A DNA stretch of 64,000 bases from Aureliella sp. (GTDB taxonomy: Bacteria > Planctomycetota > Planctomycetia > Pirellulales > Pirellulaceae): contig OY829846.1 of assembly GCA_963691875.1 (NCBI GenBank), positions 1,280,001 through 1,344,000 on the forward strand, read 5' to 3'. This document shows positions 21,016 through 29,264 of the stretch, piece after piece. The notes beneath the pieces were generated by a model. That model ran no database searches. It was given only the letters and a program-made list of their open reading frames with translations, and was not told the DNA's origin. Positions within the stretch are counted from its first letter, which is position 1; every line of letters begins with the position of its first letter. Made by a program: the position numbers and the translations under genes.

Positions 21016-21567
21016 TTATTCGGTCGCAGCCAAAGTGCCTATCAGCAAATGACTCTTGCCTTTGGCGAGAGATTCAATCGAAGCCTGTAAGCCTTTGAAC
21101 CCGAACGGTTTGAAGGCTTTTCTTATTTCATCCGTGAGGCGTTCGTTGAGGTCATCTCGGTCAGATAGATCCTCGTAAGAGGTGCGAGAGATCACATCAC
21201 AGATACAGCTCAGGCCGATCGCTGCCAGCGTGTCGTCAATGTCATCCGTTTTGACGAAAGCTCTCGTCATTGCAGACTCGCTTTCGAACGGTCGAATACG
21301 AACACTGCCGTCGACAAAGACAGTCTTACCGCAGGCTGTATCACAGAACTGCTCGGGCAACGGGAGTAGGGATTCACCCACGAAGTGAGTTTCCACCTGC
21401 GTTCGAATCGGCCAATACCAGTGATTACCTGCCTCAAGAAATGTCACCTCTGTCATCCCTTTGAACTTCAACCCCACATGCTCAGGCGGTACTTGGATGC
21501 GCTGCGGAATGAGATCGCCGACTAACTCAATGACACTGGTGAAGGCAGAGAGAAAGGAGAGATTCAT
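21016..21567 (-). CDS. SPFH / Band 7 domain protein
   Basis: VPPEHVGLKF, GNHWYWP and the T..GKTV.VDG pattern. Confidence 0.75.
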   Translation of the reverse strand: MNLSFLSAFTSVIELVGDLIPQRIQVPPEHVGLKFKGMTEVTFLEAGNHWYWPIRTQVETHFVGESLLPLPEQFCDTACGKTVFVDGSVRIRPFESESAMTRAFVKTDDIDDTLAAIGLSCICDVISRTSYEDLSDRDDLNERLTDEIRKAFKPFGFKGLQASIESLAKGKSHLLIGTLAATE

Positions 21568-21642
21568 TTTTTCCGCTTTTTGAAGATTGAGAGCAGCCCT
21601 AAGATGTTTCCAACGCTGTTATAGATCGCGAAGAAGAAGGCT

Positions 21643-21921
21643 GTGATGCAGAGTAGGATTGCGGCGATGGAGGACTTTCAAAAAAACCTTGCAGACGTAG
21701 AGTCTGACATTGGTTCTGCGGAAAGAATTGCCGCCGTCATAGAAGCAGCAAGACTTCGTCTGGCGGATAGCAAAAAAGGGCTATCAGAAGGCGTAGTACG
21801 CGAGCTCGCAAAAAATAAGATGAACGCTTCGTCAAGGATGGCGAATCGTAACAACCAGCAGCTCAAGGAAGGCTTTACCGATGAATTTAGTGGTTCTAAC
21901 TCTGGGGTTGATATTAGGTAG
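21643..21921 (+). CDS. Hypothetical protein
   Basis: Helical ORF overlapping the next gene; no recognisable motif. Confidence 0.3.
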   Translation: MMQSRIAAMEDFQKNLADVESDIGSAERIAAVIEAARLRLADSKKGLSEGVVRELAKNKMNASSRMANRNNQQLKEGFTDEFSGSNSGVDIR

Positions 21922-22222
21922 TGGACAAGTTTGCTTCGACTGTGAGGAAGAGTTTTGGGCGATGACGACAGCCCAAAATATCTACGATGAAGCCCTCACA
22001 TTCGCAACGGCGGCAGAGCAAACTTATCAAGCCAATCCGACAGATGAAAACTATGGTGCTTGGGTCGGAGCACTTACAGTTCTGCTAGCCGCCGAGATGA
22101 CCCTCGATAACGCCATGACGGCTTATTCTGACTGCATGCTCGAAACAGGCGGTGGTCCCATTTTCAACGCCGAGTTAATGTCTTCAACGCGATCGATACT
22201 CGACACCGATATCACCCAGTGA
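21881..22222 (+). CDS. Small secreted helical-hairpin protein, paralog of 16813-17193
   Basis: Signal peptide MNLVVLTLGLILGSG, YQANPTDEN turn, Cys pair symmetric about the turn. Confidence 0.75.
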   Translation: MNLVVLTLGLILGSGQVCFDCEEEFWAMTTAQNIYDEALTFATAAEQTYQANPTDENYGAWVGALTVLLAAEMTLDNAMTAYSDCMLETGGGPIFNAELMSSTRSILDTDITQ

Positions 22223-22253
22223 ACGACTTGAGTAGTTCTCCACCGGTATTTTG

Positions 22254-22292
22254 AAACCCGTCTGGCTGTTAGCTAGGCGGGTTTTTTCTTTT
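22254..22292 (+). terminator. Rho-independent terminator
   Basis: AAACCCGTCTGGC/GCTAGGCGGGTTT stem with T tract. Confidence 0.75.
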
Positions 22293-22348
22293 AGGTTGAG
22301 CGAAAAAGCTGTGCCTACGCGACGCCCTTTTAGTCTTGCATAGACCTC

Positions 22349-22507
22349 TGGTTCGTGTATCCTCTACGACCTGTCAGGTCATGAGAATGCTGGTTCCGGT
22401 AAGCCGATATTTCTGGTTCCGGATCAACAAGAGCTGGTTCCGGAACAGCAACGATTGGTTCCGGTTAAATCTTTTTTTGGTTCCGGTAAAACCGATTCTG
22501 GTTCCGG
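22349..22507 (+). repeat. Phased direct-repeat array of TGGTTCCGG (probable integrase arm-type sites)
   Basis: Exact copies at 22391, 22414, 22435, 22456, 22478 and 22499; degenerate copy at 22349. Confidence 0.85.
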
Positions 22508-22638
22508 TATCAGGCCAAACCAAGCAGCACCAAGCCCTATTTAGGCAAAATAGGAAAGCTGCGAGGGGCGGAAGAAAGCAACGGTTTCAGCACTCTCATC
22601 GCCGTAAACTACTGCTGAGCAAAGACTTACGAACACCT

Positions 22639-22722
22639 GCCCAGGTGGCGGAATTGGCAGACGCGCAACGTTGAGGTCGTTGTGGGGGAAACCCCTTGCT
22701 GGTTCAACTCCAGTCCTGGGCA
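22639..22722 (+). tRNA. tRNA-Leu(GAG)
   Basis: Acceptor GCCCAGG/CCTGGGC, anticodon arm CAACG-TTGAGGT-CGTTG, long variable arm, discriminator A. Confidence 0.95.
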
Positions 22723-22729
22723 CCTAATG

Positions 22730-22764
22730 ACGGATGTGCTTGCACGCAGGCACATCCGTTTTTT
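22730..22764 (+). terminator. Rho-independent terminator after tRNA-Leu
   Basis: ACGGATGTGC/GCACATCCGT stem with T tract. Confidence 0.8.
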
Positions 22765-22928
22765 CATGCGCCCGATCGCGACAGCAGAATTCCTGACGGC
22801 CAACTTCGCCGCTTCCCAGCGAGTAGCATTGCTTGCAATTGGTCATTCAGTCTAGCGAGAGCTCATCGGAATCTGGTAATCACCCACCCTGGATTTCAAT
22901 TTTGCTTGCAGCACAGAAGATCGCCGTG

Positions 22929-23651
22929 ATGAAAACGATAAGTGTAGCCCTTTGCCTTTGCGTGTTTGCGAGTCTTACGGGGTGCATGGATGGTCCCTTC
23001 TATCAACTGAAACGAATCAACCCTTACTACATGACAGAGTGGCGGAAGGATAGCGACCGAGCTCCGACCTATCATGAGCGAATCGCAGAACTAAAGGCTC
23101 TCGAATCTCAGATCGCTGGCATGGGGCCGACCGAACAGGAAGAGTGGGCGCTAAGACTGGAGAAGCTTGTTAAGGATGATCCTTCCCCGGAGATTCGGCG
23201 GCAATCGGTACGGTGTGCTGCGAAGATTACCAGCCAAACGAGTACACGGATCTTAAACGCAGCCTCGGGTGACGATGTTGACAAAGTTCGCCTAGCCGCA
23301 TGCGACGCTTGGAAAGATCGTCAAGATGAACCGGCAAAGGCAATGTTGCTTTCCCTAGCAAAATCCGACTCGGAGAGTAGTGTACGACAAGCAGCCATCG
23401 AAGGTCTGGGGCAGTTTGAAGACCCCGAAGTCATACGCAATCTAAGCACGCTGCTGGACGACCGAAGTCCTGCTGTGGTCTACAACGTGACACAGTCTTT
23501 GGCTAACATCACTGGGCAAGAGCATGGTGGTAACGTGCAGGCGTGGAAGAATTACTTGCGTACAACCCTACCGGCTGCCGTCCAGCCAAATGCAAACTCG
23601 CCCATCATGACCGCGTCCGGTGAGATCGGGATTCCTTCCAATTCTCGCTAG
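22929..23651 (+). CDS. HEAT-repeat lipoprotein
   Basis: Lipobox LTGC; repeated D.(S/D)..VR.AA motifs. Confidence 0.8.
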   Translation: MKTISVALCLCVFASLTGCMDGPFYQLKRINPYYMTEWRKDSDRAPTYHERIAELKALESQIAGMGPTEQEEWALRLEKLVKDDPSPEIRRQSVRCAAKITSQTSTRILNAASGDDVDKVRLAACDAWKDRQDEPAKAMLLSLAKSDSESSVRQAAIEGLGQFEDPEVIRNLSTLLDDRSPAVVYNVTQSLANITGQEHGGNVQAWKNYLRTTLPAAVQPNANSPIMTASGEIGIPSNSR

Positions 23652-23973
23652 CAGGTCCGGTGAGCTGAGCCCTAATTGCTAAAGCCTGCTCATAGCTTTG
23701 CTCATTCAGGTCGATTGCGTCAAGCTTCAGAATCGGGTTTACGTTTCCCGAATCATCCTCCTCCTTCAAGCTCCCTTGGATTGCCAACGGGAACTATTTC
23801 TATTTTCATAGCTCGACGTCTAAGTCATTGATATTAATGACTTTGCGATTCCGAGGTTCGCGAGAGATCAAAGGTAAGCGCCTTGAGCTCACAGCAAAAT
23901 GGCCCAAAGAGGCAGCAATGAAGTGACGGGAGCACGATCGACCCCCAACCGAACTGCGATCTAAGGGGATGTA

Positions 23974-25596
23974 GTGATGAGCGTGATGACTTCTACAAAT
24001 GGTCTTATTCTAAGCCAGCTTGATTCTGCATCAGGCGACAAAAGCGAGTCGCCTAGGACCGATGCAACCCAATACACCGATGCTTATTCCGATAAACTCT
24101 GGCATCGCCTCGAGCGTTTTGAGCTCAACCTTCCTGAGAGCGGCTTGAATTTCACCGAGCGGCTCGCGAAAGAGAATGGCTGGCGGTTGGATTACGCGGA
24201 GCGTGTGATCGCAGAATACAAACGCTTTGTTTACCTCGCCATGCGTTCTGGACACGTCGCTTGCCCTTCAGAAGACGTTGACCAAGTTTGGCATATGCAT
24301 CTTACCTACACCCGCAGCTACTGGGACGAGCTGTGTGGTGAGGTCTTGATGACCCCGTTGCACCACGGTCCGACCAAGGGTGGTAGTGAAGAGCGGGAGA
24401 AGTACTTTCAGCTTTACTTGCGCACCAAGAACTCTTACGAACTATTCTTTGCATCAAATCCACCAGAGGATATTTGGCCGCCGGCTGAACGACGCTTCGG
24501 TGAAGACCTTCATCATGTGCGTGTCAACGCGGCAACCCACTGGATCATACCCAAGTTGACCAACAGGCTGGGATGGCGAAGCGTCGGCTATGGAGCAGCA
24601 AGCATCGGAATCGCTCTCCCACTGGCGCAACTTGCTGCCAACCCATTGAACTGGACCGGCCCACAGTTCCTGATCCTGTTTATCTCACTCGTGGTAATTG
24701 CTTCGACCAGCAGCATGATCCTGACGAGATTGTTGGCAAGCGGCAGCATCTATGACTTTCGCCCGGAGGACCCCAATGAATTGGGGCCCGTCGAATTGGC
24801 TTGGCTAGATGGCGGGGAACAACGTGTACTTGCAACGGCACTCCTGGAACTTCAGCAGCACCAGGCCGTGATCCTGGACAACGCACTGGTCCGACCAGGG
24901 CCAAGGATTGAAGAGTACAGGACCGAAAATCGAATCAATGAGTTGATCCTGAATAGCTTGAGGATAGCCGAGCATGGAAGGACTTGGCGAGCATTGGCTC
25001 GGGATGCAAAAGTGGGGATGGTTTCTCTTCGCCAACGATTGGAAAGCAAGGGACTACTGGTAGAACAGCGCCAACGTGCCACTGCAGTGGCTGCTACGTT
25101 GCTGCTCGTAGGTGGAACAGCCTTGTTTGGCGCGGCGAAAATCTGGGCTGGAATTTCCCGCGAACGTCCGATCGGAATACTAGTCGTTTTTGAAGTACTT
25201 GCGGTTGTAACGCTGATTGCTTTGATCGCGACATTGCCAAGAGTGACTGCCGCTGGGAAACAACTGCTACGTAAAATCAGAGATCAACTGAAGCAGAATC
25301 CCAATCAACTCATCGCAAGTGGTTCCAACGGACAGAATCCTAAATCGCATGACGAGCTTAACGACTCAGATGCCGTGCTTCTCTGGGGTGCGTCGGCCCT
25401 CGGAATGGGTTACTTGACATCGACGCCGTACGAAGAACTCGGCGCCTTTACCCAGCAAAGCATAGCGGACCCAAGAAACGCTTCGGCCGGTGGTTGTGGC
25501 GGAACCGGTTGCGGAGGCGATTCAGGCTGCAGTGGCGGTGGTGGTGGATGCGGCGGTGGAGGAGGCTGTGGCGGTTGCGGAGGATGTGGTGGCTAG
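23974..25596 (+). CDS. Glycine-rich-domain / TIGR04222 membrane protein with Gly-Cys tail
   Basis: EYKRFVYL, PSEDVDQVWHMH, GPQFL, ERPIGILV, terminal GGCGGCGG. Confidence 0.8.
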   Translation: MMSVMTSTNGLILSQLDSASGDKSESPRTDATQYTDAYSDKLWHRLERFELNLPESGLNFTERLAKENGWRLDYAERVIAEYKRFVYLAMRSGHVACPSEDVDQVWHMHLTYTRSYWDELCGEVLMTPLHHGPTKGGSEEREKYFQLYLRTKNSYELFFASNPPEDIWPPAERRFGEDLHHVRVNAATHWIIPKLTNRLGWRSVGYGAASIGIALPLAQLAANPLNWTGPQFLILFISLVVIASTSSMILTRLLASGSIYDFRPEDPNELGPVELAWLDGGEQRVLATALLELQQHQAVILDNALVRPGPRIEEYRTENRINELILNSLRIAEHGRTWRALARDAKVGMVSLRQRLESKGLLVEQRQRATAVAATLLLVGGTALFGAAKIWAGISRERPIGILVVFEVLAVVTLIALIATLPRVTAAGKQLLRKIRDQLKQNPNQLIASGSNGQNPKSHDELNDSDAVLLWGASALGMGYLTSTPYEELGAFTQQSIADPRNASAGGCGGTGCGGDSGCSGGGGGCGGGGGCGGCGGCGG

Positions 25597-25778
25597 AATC
25601 TGCAAGATTTGCGGTCGCAGTTGACTCATTCGGGAGGAAACTGGACGAAGCATGACCAGCGGCAAATTTTCTTTCGTCGGCTGCAATCCGTTCATGGTCA
25701 AGAATCAACAAGTGAGATACGATCTTGCTTTTGATCAGCCTCATGCGAGGCGCGACTAGCTAACGGAACGAACTGGCG

Positions 25779-26714
25779 ATGAGTGATTCGATCTTTTGCG
25801 GCTGCATCCCAGCCCTCATGACCCCTTGTGACGCCGATGGAACCCCCGATTGGGATGCATTGGTTGAGACTGGCAAGCAGTTGATCAGCGCAGGTATGCG
25901 AGGCGTCGTTTACTGTGGATCGATGGGCGACTGGCCTCTACTATCTGATGCTCAACGCCAAGAGGGCGTCAAGCGTTTGGTGAAAGCAGGTGTGCCAGTT
26001 GTTGTCGGTACCGGAGCCCAGAATCCGCGTCTTGCAACGGAACACGCAGCCCATGCTGCTGAGGTCGGCGCAGCTGGCTTGATGGTCATTCCGCGTGTTT
26101 TGTCGCGAGGAATTTCACCAGCTGCCCAGTACCATCACTTCTCGTCGATTCTTGCTACGGCGAAGGATATCCCTGCAGTAATTTACAACAGCCCTTACTA
26201 CGGCTTCGAAACCAAAGCTGATCTGTTCTTCCAGCTACGCGAGCAACACCAGAACTTGATTGGATTCAAGGAGTTCGGCGGTGCCGAGTCGTTGACCTAT
26301 GCCGCTGAGCATATCACTTCGGGCGATCCGAATCTAACCTTGATGGTTGGAGTGGACACACAAGTGTTTCATGGGTTTGTACACTGTGGCGCTGGCGGGG
26401 CCATCACTGGCGTCGGTAACGCTCTGCCAGAGGAAGTCCTGCGTTTGGTAGAGCTGTGCGAAGCCGCCGCAGCGGGTGATGTTCAGGCGCGACGTTACGC
26501 CGGAGAACTAAACACTGCGTTAGCAGTGCTGTCCAAGTACGATGAAGGTCCTGACCTTGTTCTGTACTACAAACGCTTAATGGTTCTGGAAGGCCACTCT
26601 GCCTACGAGCATCAGCTGAACGCGACAGACAAGCTTAGCCCAAGTCAACAAGCCTTTCTCGACGACCAGTGGAAGCAGTTTAGGACTTGGTGGGAAAAGT
26701 GGGAAGGCAAGTAG
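25779..26714 (+). CDS. DapA-like Delta1-pyrroline-4-hydroxy-2-carboxylate deaminase
   Basis: YCGSMGDW, YNSPYY, GFKEFGG; operon context. Confidence 0.8.
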   Translation: MSDSIFCGCIPALMTPCDADGTPDWDALVETGKQLISAGMRGVVYCGSMGDWPLLSDAQRQEGVKRLVKAGVPVVVGTGAQNPRLATEHAAHAAEVGAAGLMVIPRVLSRGISPAAQYHHFSSILATAKDIPAVIYNSPYYGFETKADLFFQLREQHQNLIGFKEFGGAESLTYAAEHITSGDPNLTLMVGVDTQVFHGFVHCGAGGAITGVGNALPEEVLRLVELCEAAAAGDVQARRYAGELNTALAVLSKYDEGPDLVLYYKRLMVLEGHSAYEHQLNATDKLSPSQQAFLDDQWKQFRTWWEKWEGK

Positions 26715-26839
26715 TCTTCCCCTCCCTGGATGCCGCTAACGAGCGCAATGCTGTTATGGCAAGTACAGGGCCACCACGGCGTTCGCCAGAGTACGTACAT
26801 CTATGCTTTGCCTTCACGATTCAATTGCATAGTTCAGTT

Positions 26840-27817
26840 ATGAAACCTCCATTCGAAATCATTCAAGTTATCGATACGCACACCGGCGGCGAACCAACGC
26901 GTGTCGTTATCGACTCGCCCATAGAGCTGTCTGGAGAGACGCTTGCCGACCAACGAAGCGACTTTGCAGCCCGATATGATGACTACCGTCGAGCCATCGT
27001 GTGCGAACCGCGAGGTAGCGATGTCATGGTGGGAGCATTGCTGACCCAACCTGTGAATCCGGAGAGCGTAGCTGGCGTCATATTCTTCAACAACGTCGGT
27101 TATCTTGGCATGTGCGGACATGGAACGATAGGCCTCGCCATCGCCCTGGAATATCAGGGCAAGATAACCAAGGGTAAATACCAGCTCGATACTCCCGTAG
27201 GCACCGTCGGCTTTGAGATGCTGAACAATAACAAGGTAGCCATCGAAAACGTACCGAGCTATCGCTTGCACCGCCAAGTCGCCGTGACTTTAGGTGGTGC
27301 TCGCGTGGTGCATGGTGACGTCGCCTGGGGTGGGAACTGGTTCTTCCTATGCGACGACCACGGCCTGGATATTGAGCCTGGAAATCTTGAAGCCTTGGCA
27401 TCGCTAAGTGCTGAGATTCGCAAGGCATTGCCGGAACAGGGAATCACTGGCTCCAACAGCGCGGAGATTGATCACATTGAGCTGATGGGACCGCCGAGCT
27501 CTCAAGATAAAGCAGATGCGAGAAACTACGTCATGTGCCCCGGTGCAGCATACGATCGCTCGCCCTGCGGTACCGGCACCAGTGCGAAAATCGCTTGTAT
27601 GGCGGCGGAAGGGCAGTTACAACCTACCCAAATCCACCGTCAGGAAAGCGTTGTGGGTAGTGTGTTTGAGACGACGTATCGAACCGACGAATCGGCTAGC
27701 ATCCCCGAGGGTGAAATTCAAATCCTGCCTCGCATAGTTGGAGAAGCATTCGTGACAGCCGACGCCAAGCTCACTCTCGACTTCGAAGATCCTTTCGGCA
27801 AAGGAATTGCGACATGA
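26840..27817 (+). CDS. 4-hydroxyproline 2-epimerase (proline racemase family)
   Basis: DTHTGGEPTR, EPRGSD, MCGH and DRSPCGTG catalytic cysteines. Confidence 0.88.
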   Translation: MKPPFEIIQVIDTHTGGEPTRVVIDSPIELSGETLADQRSDFAARYDDYRRAIVCEPRGSDVMVGALLTQPVNPESVAGVIFFNNVGYLGMCGHGTIGLAIALEYQGKITKGKYQLDTPVGTVGFEMLNNNKVAIENVPSYRLHRQVAVTLGGARVVHGDVAWGGNWFFLCDDHGLDIEPGNLEALASLSAEIRKALPEQGITGSNSAEIDHIELMGPPSSQDKADARNYVMCPGAAYDRSPCGTGTSAKIACMAAEGQLQPTQIHRQESVVGSVFETTYRTDESASIPEGEIQILPRIVGEAFVTADAKLTLDFEDPFGKGIAT

Positions 27818-29061
27818 GTGGCAAGGTAGTCATCGTAGGAGGTGGGATCATCGGCGTCAGCAGCGCTTGGTACCTCTCTCGAGCAGGTTGCGAAGTGACT
27901 GTGCTGGACCGAGCAAAGATTGGCCAAGCCTGCTCAGGTGGAAACTGTGGTTTAGTCTGCCCCAGTCACGTCCTACCACTAACCGAGCCAGGCGCCTTTA
28001 AATCAGCGATACAAGCCATGCTTTCGCGCGGAAGTCCGTTTCGCATCCAGCCCCGGCTGGATCCAGCACTCTGGAGCTGGCTTTGGAGATTCGCGAGACG
28101 CTGCAATCACAATTCGATGGTGCAGGCCGCTCACGCGATTCAAGCCATGCTGACCTCCGCCATGAGCGAGTACGAACGCTGGGTCGGCGAAGAGAAAGTC
28201 GAATGCGAGTGGCAGAAGAAGGGCTTGCTCTTCACCTATCAGAATCATCAACCCTGGAAAGACTACTCGGAAACGAACGACCTGCTCTCAGAGCACTTCG
28301 GCGAACCAGCACGCCAGCTCTCGGCTGAAGAAAGTGTCGAGATCGAGCCAGCCTTGAAGTCTTCCGTCGCAGGCAGCTGGTACTACGAGCATGACGCACA
28401 CCTGCGGCCCGATAAGCTGATCGCCAGCCTGCGCAGTCAGCTTGAGTCGGATGGCGTCGAGTTCCTTGAAGACTGTGAGTTCCAGCAAGTCACGGGGAGT
28501 GGCTCAATCGCTGCAAATATACAAACGTCCCAGGGGCTGTTGTCGGCTGACCAGTTCCTCTTTGCCAGCGGCGCTTGGACTCCTCTCCTAAAGGAGCATT
28601 TGGGGTGTCGCGTTCCGATCGAGCCTGGGAAAGGCTACTCGATCACGATGCCGCGTCCGCAGATCTGCCCGGATATTCCGATCATCTTTCCTGAGCATCG
28701 CGTAGCTGTAACGCCCATGCAATCGGGGTATCGCTTGGGATCCATCATGGAGTTTGCGGGCTACGACGAATCGATCAAGCCGGAACGCTTGAACCTACTA
28801 CGAGAGGGGGCCGAACACTACTTACAAGAGCCACATTGTGAACCCGAGCTGACGACCTGGTTCGGCTGGCGTCCGATGACCTACGACAGTGTCCCCGTGA
28901 TGGACGTCAGTCCGCGCTGGGGAAACACTTGGATCGCGAGCGGTCACAACATGCTTGGACTTAGCATGGCTCCATCTACTGGCAAGTTGATCAGTGAACT
29001 CATGCTTGGCAAGACGCCCCATCTGGACCCCGAGCCTTACGCGCTGAAGCGCTTCGGCTAG
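27814..29061 (+). CDS. FAD-dependent D-amino acid (D-hydroxyproline) dehydrogenase
   Basis: GGGIIG FAD motif, SGGNCG, GKGYS, GWRP, GHNMLG. Confidence 0.85.
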   Translation: MSGKVVIVGGGIIGVSSAWYLSRAGCEVTVLDRAKIGQACSGGNCGLVCPSHVLPLTEPGAFKSAIQAMLSRGSPFRIQPRLDPALWSWLWRFARRCNHNSMVQAAHAIQAMLTSAMSEYERWVGEEKVECEWQKKGLLFTYQNHQPWKDYSETNDLLSEHFGEPARQLSAEESVEIEPALKSSVAGSWYYEHDAHLRPDKLIASLRSQLESDGVEFLEDCEFQQVTGSGSIAANIQTSQGLLSADQFLFASGAWTPLLKEHLGCRVPIEPGKGYSITMPRPQICPDIPIIFPEHRVAVTPMQSGYRLGSIMEFAGYDESIKPERLNLLREGAEHYLQEPHCEPELTTWFGWRPMTYDSVPVMDVSPRWGNTWIASGHNMLGLSMAPSTGKLISELMLGKTPHLDPEPYALKRFG

Positions 29062-29264
29062 GTTCTGCTACCGCTGTTTCATGCGAGTGAGTCTTCCGAA
29101 AGTGGGGATTCTTACTCTCTATCAGCTTCGCGACCGCGATTAGCCTCGGAGGCTGAAGAAGATCGACCTGTTGGTGAAGGGCGAATATAGTACACTACCA
29201 ACCTTTGAGAGCAGGGAAATGCTCTTTTAACGTCTGCTCGAACGAACTTTGAAGAGGTTGCTAC

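Larger units (their letters stand above)
17346..22683. mobile_element. Decayed prophage / integrative element in tRNA-Leu(GAG)
   Basis: 50 bp perfect direct repeats at 17346-17395 and 22634-22683. Contains an integrase N-terminus, phage-type exonuclease, nucleotidase fragment and SPFH gene. Confidence 0.85.

Noticed and set aside
22391..22507. CRISPR array
   Set aside because: Repeats are 9 bp and spacers 12-14 bp, far below CRISPR sizes, and no cas genes are in the window
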